Shown in pieces: positions 35,260 through 44,809 of a DNA stretch of 64,000 bases (positions are counted from its first letter, which is position 1; each line of letters starts with the position of its first letter). Source of the stretch: Oscillospiraceae bacterium. GTDB taxonomy: Bacteria; Bacillota; Clostridia; Oscillospirales; CAG-272. The stretch lies in contig SVQP01000002.1 of assembly GCA_015065285.1 (NCBI GenBank), forward strand, positions 40,209 to 104,208, given 5' to 3'. The notes beneath the pieces were generated by a model that was not told the origin of the DNA, ran no database searches, and saw nothing but the letters and a program-made list of their open reading frames with translations. The position numbers were made by a program, and so were the translations under genes.

Positions 35260-35291
35260 ATAAAGGAGTATACAATACGGAGGACTGCGAC

Positions 35292-35987
35292 TTGAGATAT
35301 ATCACCCTGTTAATGGATGCAGATAACACGCTGCTGGACTTTACGAGATCCGAGCATGATGCCATTGCCGAAACCTTTGCACATTTCGGGCTGCCCAATG
35401 ACGACGCGACCATTGCCATTTATTCCGAGGTCAACGACGCACACTGGAAGATGCTGGAGCGCGGAGAGATTGAGAAAAAGGTGCTGATGTGGAAGAGATT
35501 CGAGGCATTTTGCGCTCGCACGGGTCTTGAGGCTGACCCCAAGGCTTTGGCTGCTGATTATCTGAAAACGCTTTCTACCAAGTCCTATATGATCGAAGGT
35601 GCACTCGAGGTGTGTGCCGAGCTTGCCAAGAGCTGCCGCATGTATATCATTACAAACGGAGATAAGCGCGTGCAACAGGGCAGATTCAACCCCAGCCCCT
35701 TGGCAAAGTATTTTGAAAAGTGCTATATTTCGGAAGAGGTCGGCTTTGAAAAGCCGGACATCCGTTATTTTGATGCCGTTATGCAGGATATCCCGGAGTT
35801 TGATCCTGCCACCACGTTGGTCGTGGGCGACTCGCTGACCTCGGATATCAAGGGCGGAATCAATGCAGGGATTGATACCTGCTGGTATAACCCCAAGGGT
35901 AAGCCGCTGCCTGCGGAAATTCCGGTTACTTACGTCATAAATGATCTTGCCAATCTGCCCGCATTGGTAGAGAAGGGGTGCTTATGA
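35292..35987 (+). CDS. HAD family hydrolase (YjjG-like nucleotidase)
   Basis: TTG start after ggagga. The DADNTLLDF motif I must lie inside the protein. GDSLTSDIKGG is motif IV. Confidence 0.75.
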   Translation: MRYITLLMDADNTLLDFTRSEHDAIAETFAHFGLPNDDATIAIYSEVNDAHWKMLERGEIEKKVLMWKRFEAFCARTGLEADPKALAADYLKTLSTKSYMIEGALEVCAELAKSCRMYIITNGDKRVQQGRFNPSPLAKYFEKCYISEEVGFEKPDIRYFDAVMQDIPEFDPATTLVVGDSLTSDIKGGINAGIDTCWYNPKGKPLPAEIPVTYVINDLANLPALVEKGCL

Positions 35988-36886
35988 AAGCCTTTTTAGC
36001 ACAGTGCAAGGGTGCGCGCATTCCCGTCAAAGCCGATCTTTCTTTGTGTGATTATTCCACCTTTCGCATTGGCGGCAAAGCTGATCTTGCGCTGTTTCCC
36101 ACCACGACCGAGCAGCTATGTCTGCAGCTTGCCATGCTGGAGCAAAGCGGACTGCGCTACTGTGTGGTCGGCAACGGCTCCAACGTGCTGTTCTCGGATG
36201 CGGGATATCGCGGTGTGGTGATTTTCACCACCGAGATGAACACGTATCGCTTTGATCGCGATTCGCTGCATGCGCAGAGCGGTGCGAGCTTGGCGCGCGT
36301 TTGCCAAGATGCCTGCAAGCAGGGCTATGAGGGCTTTGCATTCGGCTGCGGTATTCCGGGTACGGTGGGCGGTGGCGTTTACATGAACGCAGGCGCGTAT
36401 GGCGGTCAGGTCTCGGACGTGCTGCTTTGCACCGAGTACTATGATTGCGCACAAAACAAGGTTTGCACCATTGACAGCGCAGCGCACGAATTTGATTACC
36501 GCCACAGCATTTTTGCCGATCATCCCGAGTACGTCATTCTCTCGTCCACCTTTGCGCTCAGGCAGGGAAACACCGAGGAGATTCGGGAGCGCGTGCACGC
36601 GCAGCTTGCGTCCAGACGCGAAAAGCAGCCGCTCAATTATCCCAGCGTGGGCAGCACCTTCAAGCGCCCCGAGGGGCATTTTGCAGGCAAGCTGATCGAG
36701 GATGCGGGACTGAAGGGCATGCGCGTGGGCGGTGCGGTCGTATCCGAAAAGCACGCGGGATTTGTAGTCAATACGGGCGCTGCCACCGCTGCGGACGTGC
36801 TTGCACTGGTAGAGATCATCAAGCAGCGCGTGCTTGAGCAGTTTGGCGTGGCGCTGGAATGTGAATTCAAATATATAGGGGATTGA
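35984..36886 (+). CDS. murB: UDP-N-acetylenolpyruvoylglucosamine reductase
   Basis: About 300 aa with FRIGG, GNGSN and GSTFKRP motifs. ATG 35984 overlaps the HAD stop. Confidence 0.9.
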   Translation: MKAFLAQCKGARIPVKADLSLCDYSTFRIGGKADLALFPTTTEQLCLQLAMLEQSGLRYCVVGNGSNVLFSDAGYRGVVIFTTEMNTYRFDRDSLHAQSGASLARVCQDACKQGYEGFAFGCGIPGTVGGGVYMNAGAYGGQVSDVLLCTEYYDCAQNKVCTIDSAAHEFDYRHSIFADHPEYVILSSTFALRQGNTEEIRERVHAQLASRREKQPLNYPSVGSTFKRPEGHFAGKLIEDAGLKGMRVGGAVVSEKHAGFVVNTGAATAADVLALVEIIKQRVLEQFGVALECEFKYIGD

Positions 36887-36888
36887 GC

Positions 36889-37773
36889 ATGTCGTTTTCC
36901 GAACAGGTCAAATCAGAGCTGATTGCGCTGCAAATCAAGCCCATGTGTTGCCGTAAGGCATTTTTGGTGGGGCTTTTGTTTGGCGCAGCAGCCGAATATA
37001 ATACGGTTACGGCAAGAGTGCCTTGCGAGCTTTGCGAGCATGCCGTATCTGAGATCAAGCGCCACTTTGGACGCGATGCTGCGGCAAAGCCTTACGTGCG
37101 AGGCAAGCAAAGAGGCATGGAGATCAGCTTCGAATCTCCCAAATGTGCCTCCATGATCCGCGCGTGGGATGCTGCGGACGTAGCTGATCCCTCGTCGATC
37201 TTCAAATGCGACGGGTGCCTTGCGGCATTTTTGCGCGGTGCATTCTGCGCGACGGGCACCGTGTCCGATCCTGCCACCGGCTCGCATCTTGAAATCAAAT
37301 GTACAAGCCCCTTGCGCGCTCGCGGCATGCAGGCGTTGCTTGCGGGAGAGGACATAGCCATGGGACTTGTGCAAAGAGACAAATCCTTTGGCGTATATAT
37401 CAAAAACAGCCAGGGCGTGGAGGACGTGCTGACCTTGCTTGGCAGCAGCACCATGGTCTTTGAGCTGCTCAATAAAAAGATCGAACGCGAGATCCGCAAC
37501 AACGAAAATCGCGTGACCAATTGCGATACGGGCAACATCAGCAAATACGTGTCCGCATCGCGCAAGCACATTGCCGCCATTGAAAAGCTGGATCGGCTGG
37601 GCGAGCTGGAAAAGCTGCCCGATGCCATTTATGAAACGGCAATGCTGCGCCTGCGCCATCAGAACGTTTCGCTTGGCGAGCTTGCCGAGCTGCATATGCC
37701 CCCCATTTCCAAATCGGGGCTCAACCACCGCTTACAAAAGCTGATCGATCTGGCAGACGCACTGCCCGATTGA
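36889..37773 (+). CDS. whiA: DNA-binding protein WhiA
   Basis: MSFSEQVKSEL... N-terminus, LAGLIDADG-derived middle and C-terminal HTH (ISKSGLNHRLQKL). Confidence 0.9.
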   Translation: MSFSEQVKSELIALQIKPMCCRKAFLVGLLFGAAAEYNTVTARVPCELCEHAVSEIKRHFGRDAAAKPYVRGKQRGMEISFESPKCASMIRAWDAADVADPSSIFKCDGCLAAFLRGAFCATGTVSDPATGSHLEIKCTSPLRARGMQALLAGEDIAMGLVQRDKSFGVYIKNSQGVEDVLTLLGSSTMVFELLNKKIEREIRNNENRVTNCDTGNISKYVSASRKHIAAIEKLDRLGELEKLPDAIYETAMLRLRHQNVSLGELAELHMPPISKSGLNHRLQKLIDLADALPD

Positions 37774-37793
37774 TAAGGGAAAGGAGGTGCCGC

Positions 37794-40700
37794 ATGGCAC
37801 ACAATGAATTTGTGCACCTGCATTTGCACAGTGAATACAGTCTGCTGGACGGCGCCTGCCGTATTGCGGATATTCCGGCAAGAGCCGCAGAGTGCGGACA
37901 TCATGCCGTTGCCATTACCGACCATGGCGCCATGTACGGTGTGGTTGAGTTTTATAAGGCTTGCAAAAAAGCCGGGATCAAGCCGATCATCGGCTGCGAG
38001 GTCTACGTAGCGTCCGGCTCGCGCTTTGAAAAGTTCAAGAGTGCCGAGGCATCTGCCAATCACCTTGTGCTTTTGTGCGAAAATCAAAAGGGATATGAAA
38101 ATCTGATCGCCCTTGTTTCCAAGGGCTTTACCGAGGGCTTTTACGGCAAGCCGCGCGTGGATGCAGAGCTGCTCCGCGCCCATCATGAAGGGCTGATTGC
38201 GCTCTCGGCATGCCTTGCAGGCAAAATTCCGCGTCAGCTTTCGGCAGGGGACTTTGCCGCTGCCAAGCAAACGGCACTGGAATATGCCGCACTGTTTGGC
38301 AAGAATAATTTCTTTATCGAGCTGCAAAACCACGGCATGGTGGAGCAAAAGCAGATCCTGCCGCAGCTTTACCGCTTGGCACAGGAATGCGGCATTGGCG
38401 TGGTTGCTACCAACGATTGCCACTATCTGCGCCGCCGCGATGCCGCAACGCAAGCGATTCTGATGTGCATTCAGACCAACTCGTCCATTGAGGATGGCAG
38501 ACCCATCGGCTTTGAAACCGATGAGTTTTATTACAAAGACACCGGCGAGATGCGCATGCTGTTCGGCTCTTACGAGGGCGCTTTGGAAAACACGGTCAAA
38601 ATCGCGGATCGCTGTCATGTCGAGTTTGATTTCAATACGCTGTATCTGCCCAAATTCCCGTGCCCGGACGGCAAGGATTCGGTCACTTATCTGTACGAGC
38701 TTTGCGAAAAGGGATTTTCCGCGCGCATCAATAAAGGGCAAATTTCCTTTGATACGCACAGCGAGCAGACCTACCGCGAGCGCATTGCTTACGAGCTTTC
38801 TGTGATTGAGCAGATGGGCTATGCCGATTATTTTCTGATCGTGCAGGACTACGTCAACTTTGCCAAGAGCCGCGGTATTCCCGTAGGACCGGGCAGAGGC
38901 TCGGGCGCAGGCTCATTGGTCGCGTTTGCACTGGGCATAACCGACGTGGATTCCATCCGCTATGATCTGCTGTTTGAGCGATTCCTCAACCCGGAGCGCG
39001 TCAGCATGCCCGATATTGATATTGACTTTTGTTATAACCGTCGCGACGAGGTCATTGCCTACGTAGCAGAGCGCTACGGACGCGATCACGTCTCGCAGAT
39101 CATCACCTTCGGTACGCTTGCAGCCCGTGCAGCCATTCGCGATTGCGGACGCGCCATGGGCATGCCGTATGCCGACGTAGACGTCATTGCCAAGGCAGTG
39201 CCTGCAGAGCTGAATATCACGCTTGAGCACGCGCTCAAAATGCCCGAGCTCAAGCAGCTTTACAATGCTTCCGAAAAGAACCGCGAGCTGATCGATACCG
39301 CCATGGCGCTTGAGGGCATGCCAAGGAACGTTTCGGTGCATGCCGCAGGCATTGTCATCACCGATAAGCCCGTGAGCAAATACGTGCCGCTGGCACACAG
39401 CAACAGCACCGTGGTCACCCAGTTTGATATGGATACCATTGCGGGACTGGGACTTTTGAAATTTGACTTTTTGGGCTTGCGATATCTGACCATTATAAAC
39501 GACGCGCAAATGCAGATCCGAGAGAGCAATCCCGAATTTGATATTGAGCGCATTCCGTATGACGATCCCGATACCTTTGCCCTGATCGCTAAGGGAAATA
39601 CCTCGGGTATATTCCAGCTGGAATCCGCAGGCATCAAGCAGGTGCTGATGCAGCTGCGCCCCAGCTGCTTTGAGGACGTGATCGCAGTCATCGCGCTGTA
39701 CCGTCCCGGACCCATGGATTCGATTCCGCGCTATATCGAGTGCAGACACGACCCCTCCAAGATCGTGTATGACACGCCGCTGCTCGAGCCGATCCTCAAG
39801 CAGACCTACGGTTGTGCGGTGTATCAGGAGCAGGTCATGCAGATCTTCCGCGAGGTGGCAGGGTATAGCTTCGGACACGCGGATATTGTGCGCCGCGCCA
39901 TGTCCAAGAAAAAGGCGGACGTGCTGGAATCCGAACGCGAGAGCTTTATTTCGGGAGCCGCACAGCGCGGTGTGGATGCTCAAACTGCAACGAAGCTGTT
40001 TGACGACCTTGCAAATTTTGCAAACTATGCGTTCAATAAATCTCACGCGGCAGCCTATGCGGTGCTGTCCTATCGCACCGCATATCTCAAGGCGCATTAC
40101 CCGTGTGAGTATTTCTCGGCACTCTTGACCAGTGTGCTCGGAAACCAGACAAAAATTGCGGAGTACATCGGGGAGTGCAATAAGCGCGGCATCTCGGTGC
40201 TGCCCCCCGATATCAACCATAGCCGTGCCGATTTTTACGGCAAGGATCACACGATCCGATTCGGACTTCTGGCGCTCAAGAACGTGGGCGGTCAGTTTGT
40301 GGAATCACTCTGCCGCGAGCGTGCAGGCAAGGATTTTGCCTCTTTTGAGGACTTTGTCGAGAGAATGTCGGGAAAAGACATGAATAAGCGCATGATCGAA
40401 GCCTTGATAAAGGCAGGCGCGTTTGATTCGCTTGGCACCTATCGCTCCAAGCTGCTCTCGGCTTACGAGCAGATCATTGATACCGTTTCGCAGAAAAACC
40501 GCGACAATATCGCAGGTCAGCTGGATATGTTCAGCATGGTGCCGGAGGTCAAAGCCAAGACATCGTTTGCGTATCCCAATATTCCCGAGTATTCAAAAAG
40601 GGAAAAGCTGATGCTGGAAAAGGATGCCTCCGGCATGTATTTTTCAGGGCATTTGCTGGATGGATATGACAAGTGCATATCCGAGCTTGGCGGTGTGAAT

Positions 40701-41300
40701 ATTTCAGAATTGGCAGATGAAACGGGGGCGCTCTTGCCGGATCGCGCACGCGTTCGCATTGCGGGCATGATCACGTCTGTTACCATTAAAACCACCAAGA
40801 ACGACCAGAGAATGGCGTTCTTTACCGTGGAGGATCGCACGGGTGAGATCGAGTGCATCATGTTTGCCAAGACCTATGAAACGCTGGGGCATCTGGTCCG
40901 CGTGGATAATGCTGTCTTTGTAGAGGGCAATATTTCGGTGCGTGAGGAGGAGGCACCCAAGGTGCTGGTCAGCCTTGCGCAGGAGCTGGTGGACGACGAG
41001 CATTTCACCCCCAAAAAGACTCCTGAGCAACCCAAAGCGCCCGTCAATACGCAGGCGCAGCCAAAGCCTGCTCCCAAGATCAAAAAGCTTTATCTGCGTG
41101 TGCCCGACTTAAAGGGAACCCCTTATCGCAAGGCGCTCAATTTAGCAGAGATCTTTGACGAGGGCATTACCGTGCCGCTTGTATTCTATGACAGCGCAAG
41201 CAAGGCTTACGTGCCGCACCCCAAGGGAATTGCGCTTTCTCCCTTCGTCATGCAGCAGCTGATCCTGCTTTTGGGCAAGGAAAACGTGATCTATCAGTAA
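37794..41300 (+). CDS. dnaE: DNA polymerase III subunit alpha
   Basis: ATG 37794 follows aggagg. PHP N-terminus FVHLHLHSEYSLLDG, polymerase core and OB fold. Confidence 0.95.
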   Translation: MAHNEFVHLHLHSEYSLLDGACRIADIPARAAECGHHAVAITDHGAMYGVVEFYKACKKAGIKPIIGCEVYVASGSRFEKFKSAEASANHLVLLCENQKGYENLIALVSKGFTEGFYGKPRVDAELLRAHHEGLIALSACLAGKIPRQLSAGDFAAAKQTALEYAALFGKNNFFIELQNHGMVEQKQILPQLYRLAQECGIGVVATNDCHYLRRRDAATQAILMCIQTNSSIEDGRPIGFETDEFYYKDTGEMRMLFGSYEGALENTVKIADRCHVEFDFNTLYLPKFPCPDGKDSVTYLYELCEKGFSARINKGQISFDTHSEQTYRERIAYELSVIEQMGYADYFLIVQDYVNFAKSRGIPVGPGRGSGAGSLVAFALGITDVDSIRYDLLFERFLNPERVSMPDIDIDFCYNRRDEVIAYVAERYGRDHVSQIITFGTLAARAAIRDCGRAMGMPYADVDVIAKAVPAELNITLEHALKMPELKQLYNASEKNRELIDTAMALEGMPRNVSVHAAGIVITDKPVSKYVPLAHSNSTVVTQFDMDTIAGLGLLKFDFLGLRYLTIINDAQMQIRESNPEFDIERIPYDDPDTFALIAKGNTSGIFQLESAGIKQVLMQLRPSCFEDVIAVIALYRPGPMDSIPRYIECRHDPSKIVYDTPLLEPILKQTYGCAVYQEQVMQIFREVAGYSFGHADIVRRAMSKKKADVLESERESFISGAAQRGVDAQTATKLFDDLANFANYAFNKSHAAAYAVLSYRTAYLKAHYPCEYFSALLTSVLGNQTKIAEYIGECNKRGISVLPPDINHSRADFYGKDHTIRFGLLALKNVGGQFVESLCRERAGKDFASFEDFVERMSGKDMNKRMIEALIKAGAFDSLGTYRSKLLSAYEQIIDTVSQKNRDNIAGQLDMFSMVPEVKAKTSFAYPNIPEYSKREKLMLEKDASGMYFSGHLLDGYDKCISELGGVNISELADETGALLPDRARVRIAGMITSVTIKTTKNDQRMAFFTVEDRTGEIECIMFAKTYETLGHLVRVDNAVFVEGNISVREEEAPKVLVSLAQELVDDEHFTPKKTPEQPKAPVNTQAQPKPAPKIKKLYLRVPDLKGTPYRKALNLAEIFDEGITVPLVFYDSASKAYVPHPKGIALSPFVMQQLILLLGKENVIYQ

Positions 41301-41305
41301 GATTT

Positions 41306-41339
41306 GCGGTGAACGCGATCGCGTTCACCGCTTTTTTTG
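41306..41339 (+). terminator. intrinsic terminator after dnaE
   Basis: Palindrome gcggtgaacgcga/tcgcgttcaccgc followed by ttttttt. Confidence 0.9.
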
Positions 41340-41462
41340 AATTCGGGCGAATTTTTTATCCCGTGAATTGTTAATCTAATAAGTCTAAAAAATTTATCAA
41401 AACATGTCAGAAAATCATCCAAAGGTTGTGTGTATAAGTAGAAGCAACCTTTGGAGGAAACC

Positions 41463-42047
41463 ATGCAAGACAAAAAAACGGTCGCAAAGCCGCTGCCCGA
41501 TGCGCAGCAGGCGGCGCTGACCTTGATCTATGAGCTTTATTATAAGCAGATGTACCAAAAGGCATATGACATTCTGCGCAATCCGCAGGACGCGGAGGAT
41601 GCCGTGCAGGAGGCGTTCTATCGGGTGTGCCTGAATGCTAAGGATTTTTCGCAGCCGCACTCCCAATCCACCGCTGCACTGATCCATACCTATACCAAAA
41701 ACGTGGCGATCAACCACTATCACAAAAAGAAAAGGCAGCTCTCTTTGATTGCAGAGCAGGAGCAGATGGATGACGTGCCCGAATCCAAGGAAAGTGACCC
41801 CGCAGAGCAGATGGAAAGGCAAGAGATTGCCGTGCGCCTTGATGCGGCGGTGGACGCACTGGAACAGAGATACCGCGAGGTCATCAGACTCAAATATTAC
41901 GAGCACAAGCATAACAAAGAAATTGCAGAGATGCTGGGGCTTTCGCAAAGCGTGGTCAACGGACGCGTATTCAGAGCCAAGCGTGCACTGCGCAAAATTC
42001 TGGAAAGCAGGGAAGGAGGAAAGACGTGCAGGACAATCAGATCATAG
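41463..42047 (+). CDS. ECF-type sigma-70 family sigma factor (first of tandem pair)
   Basis: 194 aa with region 2 (DAEDAVQEAFYRV) and region 4 HTH (NKEIAEMLGLSQSVVNGRVFRAKRAL). ATG follows ggagga. Confidence 0.85.
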   Translation: MQDKKTVAKPLPDAQQAALTLIYELYYKQMYQKAYDILRNPQDAEDAVQEAFYRVCLNAKDFSQPHSQSTAALIHTYTKNVAINHYHKKKRQLSLIAEQEQMDDVPESKESDPAEQMERQEIAVRLDAAVDALEQRYREVIRLKYYEHKHNKEIAEMLGLSQSVVNGRVFRAKRALRKILESREGGKTCRTIRS

Positions 42048-42586
42048 AGCTTTATAATGCCCGCGATGAGCGCGCGATTGCAGAGACCGCGCAAAAATAC
42101 GGCAGCTATTGCCAAAGCATCGCGCAGAATATTCTGCGAAATATGCAGGATAGCGAGGAGTGCGTGAATGATACCTGGCTGCAAACCTGGAATTCCATTC
42201 CGCCCGCATGCCCGACCGTGCTCAAAACCTACGTAGGTCGCATTACGCGAAATCTTTCGCTCAACCGCTATAAAGCCAACCATCGCCAAAAGCGCGGTGG
42301 CGGTGAGGTTGTGCTTGCGCTGGAGGAGCTTGGCGAGGTATCAGCGCAGGAAAACGACGTGCAATCGCAGATGGAAAGGCTGATGTTTGCGGATGCTCTG
42401 AACCATTTTCTCTGGTCACTGCCCGAGCGCGAGTGCAATATTTTTATCCGCCGCTATTATCATCTGGATGAGGTGGATGCCATTGCCAAGCGATATTCCT
42501 TAAGCCGCGCCAACGTGTTCAAAATACTGTCGCGCACAAGGCAATCTCTCAAAGCATTCCTGGAAAAGGAGGGCTTTGCGTTATGA
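42026..42586 (+). CDS. ECF-type sigma-70 family sigma factor (second of tandem pair)
   Basis: GTG start after ggaaggagg, overlapping the first sigma gene by 22 nt. Region 2 (SEECVNDTWLQTW) and region 4 (VDAIAKRYSLSRANVFKILSRTR). Confidence 0.8.
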   Translation: MQDNQIIELYNARDERAIAETAQKYGSYCQSIAQNILRNMQDSEECVNDTWLQTWNSIPPACPTVLKTYVGRITRNLSLNRYKANHRQKRGGGEVVLALEELGEVSAQENDVQSQMERLMFADALNHFLWSLPERECNIFIRRYYHLDEVDAIAKRYSLSRANVFKILSRTRQSLKAFLEKEGFAL

Positions 42587-44295
42587 TGAATGAGTTTTTG
42601 CTGGATATGATGAGCGAGATCGATTCGGAGCTGATCGAGCGCGCGGAAAAGCCGGTTCGTCCTTCAAAAAAGCCGATCCTTCGCATCGCGCTGATCGCAG
42701 CGGCACTTGCGCTGGTGATTGTATTGGGTGTGGCAGGCGCAGGCTTTGCCGGTATAGCGGCAAGTGTGGAATATGAAAAATACGTGCAGCAGAATTATCC
42801 CGAATATGACGGTACCGTGCTGCATCTTGCACAGATCTTTTTGACCGAGGACGAAAACGTCGTCTCTGCGCTGCTGGACGAGCAGACCAAGCAAACGCTG
42901 GGAAGCCTGTTTGAGGTGCTCAGAGGCGGATCGGGTACGCCCACACCCACGCCCGATGACCAAACAGAGGATACCGAAAACGGCTCCGAGGGGGAAGGAC
43001 AGGGTGATCCCGATCCGGAGGATACCACACAAGACGAGCAAACGACGCAACAGGATACCAAGCCATCCGATGAGGATCCGGGCATCTTTGTGCACAGCTC
43101 GTACGATAGCCTTTCCATGGTCGCAGGGGAGCAGGAGACCGACGTATTCACAGCCGACACCCTTGCCCAATGGAGAAAAACGGTTGACGTGGATGACCCT
43201 GCCGTCACCCATCTGAAATTCCGCGGCTGGCTGGCATTCAAGCAGAGCACGCCCGGGACGTACGGTTATTCGATCGATGATCAAGACCCTATCTTTGACA
43301 AGGCGTTTTCCAAAGAGCCCGAGGATATGGTGCACGTCGTATCAAGCTATATGGGCGGCAAATCCTGCTCGCGAATGGAAATTCTGATTCCTCTTGAAAA
43401 CCTTGATCCGGGTGAGCACAAGGTCAAGATCTGCGTCAGATCCGTCAACGGATATGAAAGCAATCTGATGATCTTTACCGTGGTCATTTACGAGCACGTA
43501 AAGGAGACGCAGCGCGATGAGCCGCCCGAGCAGGGCTGGAGCGAGGGACTGGAATTTGCCGTTGAAGAGCGGGATGGCGAAACCGTATGCACGCTGGTCA
43601 GCATCGGCACCTGCAAGGATACCGAGCTGTATATTCCTCCCACCTATCAGGGCTATCCCGTGGTTGAAATCGCGAACTACGCGTTTTTCCTGAATACCAA
43701 AATCGAATCGGTTATCATGCCATCCACCATAACCGCGGTTGGCATGTATGCCTTTTCCGGTAACGTAAAGCTTCGGTACGTAGAGCTGTCGGAGAATTTG
43801 GTCACCTTGGAAAACGGCGTGTTTGAGGAGTGCGGTGTGCTGGAGGGGATTACGTTGCCCCGTGGAATTACCTACGTTGCCCCCGGGCTGTTCCAGGGCT
43901 GCAGCGCCTTGCACTCGGTCACGTTCATGGGAGAGGTCGATTGGATCGGGGACAATGCCTTTTACGCTTGCTTTGCGCTTACCGAGCTTGTTTTGCCCGA
44001 TACGGTGCAAACGCTCGAAGGTGCTGTTCTGCAGGAGAGCGGCATTACCCACTTTACCGTTCCTGCCGCACTGACCAACCTGCCGCTTTACACGTTTTAC
44101 AGATGTCAGAATCTGCAGACCGTGACTCTGCATGCAGGTGTTACCGACATCGGATATGATGCCCTTGGCGACTGCATTTCGCTAAAGGCGATCTATTATT
44201 ACGGCACCCCCGAAGAGTGGGAGGCGATTCGGATGTCAAACGATAACAGAGCACTGCTGACCCCGTACGTGGTGTACGTTGAGCAAACGGAATAA
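42583..44295 (+). CDS. single-pass membrane protein with acidic linker, beta-sandwich-like domain and BspA-type leucine-rich repeats (possible anti-sigma/sensor)
   Basis: ATGA overlap with the sigma gene. About 32 cytoplasmic aa, then a TM (ILRIALIAAALALVIVLGVAG). The C-terminal repeats (IANYAF...ITAVGMYAF...IGDNAF...IGYDAL) are typical of the LRR_5/BspA type. Confidence 0.75.
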   Translation: MMNEFLLDMMSEIDSELIERAEKPVRPSKKPILRIALIAAALALVIVLGVAGAGFAGIAASVEYEKYVQQNYPEYDGTVLHLAQIFLTEDENVVSALLDEQTKQTLGSLFEVLRGGSGTPTPTPDDQTEDTENGSEGEGQGDPDPEDTTQDEQTTQQDTKPSDEDPGIFVHSSYDSLSMVAGEQETDVFTADTLAQWRKTVDVDDPAVTHLKFRGWLAFKQSTPGTYGYSIDDQDPIFDKAFSKEPEDMVHVVSSYMGGKSCSRMEILIPLENLDPGEHKVKICVRSVNGYESNLMIFTVVIYEHVKETQRDEPPEQGWSEGLEFAVEERDGETVCTLVSIGTCKDTELYIPPTYQGYPVVEIANYAFFLNTKIESVIMPSTITAVGMYAFSGNVKLRYVELSENLVTLENGVFEECGVLEGITLPRGITYVAPGLFQGCSALHSVTFMGEVDWIGDNAFYACFALTELVLPDTVQTLEGAVLQESGITHFTVPAALTNLPLYTFYRCQNLQTVTLHAGVTDIGYDALGDCISLKAIYYYGTPEEWEAIRMSNDNRALLTPYVVYVEQTE

Positions 44296-44305
44296 AGGAG
44301 CATTG

Positions 44306-44809
44306 ATGAAAAACGAATATCAGATCACAAAAAAACTGATCATGTCGTGGGCAAGAGAATACCATTTGTTCGGAGCTGCCAATATCTTTTTATTTGTGCT
44401 GTGGTGCGCAATAGGGCTTTTTGGCTTGCTTTTGGTGGCGTTGATGCTTATTGTAGGCGGGCATTGGCTGTATTGGTATTGCGCGAGCCTGATGATCCTG
44501 ATCACGGTATATAAGCTGTTTTTAGCCAGATTTGTCGTCTGGTCACGCAGATATAAAATGATGGCAAGCATGTACGGTGTGTCCGAATGGATCAGAAGCA
44601 TCGAATTTACACCCGAAGAGATTGTGTTGACCGATCATACGACAGTGCAAAGGTTTAAATATGAAAGCATCCGCAAAATCAAGAAAAAGGGAAACGTGAT
44701 CATGATCTATCTGGATCACGGCCTAGCTCTCAGGCTTTATGAGGATGCCTTTATCACCGGCAGCTGGGCGGAGTGCAAGCAGCTGCTTGAACAAAACACA
44801 AAACAATAA
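44306..44809 (+). CDS. membrane protein, YcxB-like (two TM + C-terminal PH-like domain; tentative)
   Basis: ATG 44306 follows aaaggag. Two adjacent TM helices, then a soluble domain. Last gene of the sigma operon. Confidence 0.55.
   Translation: MKNEYQITKKLIMSWAREYHLFGAANIFLFVLWCAIGLFGLLLVALMLIVGGHWLYWYCASLMILITVYKLFLARFVVWSRRYKMMASMYGVSEWIRSIEFTPEEIVLTDHTTVQRFKYESIRKIKKKGNVIMIYLDHGLALRLYEDAFITGSWAECKQLLEQNTKQ

Noticed and set aside
33302-35419. Long N-terminal extensions in the ORF track (also 5418-7190, 2386-3111, 45651-48161, 59875-60909, 53683-54438)
   Set aside because: The extensions run through promoters, divergent genes or the preceding gene. Internal ATG/TTG starts with good SDs give proteins that begin where family homology begins.
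37659-40250. 366-aa and 445-aa minus-strand ORFs
   Set aside because: They lie antisense to dnaE and have no recognisable motifs. They are shadow ORFs.
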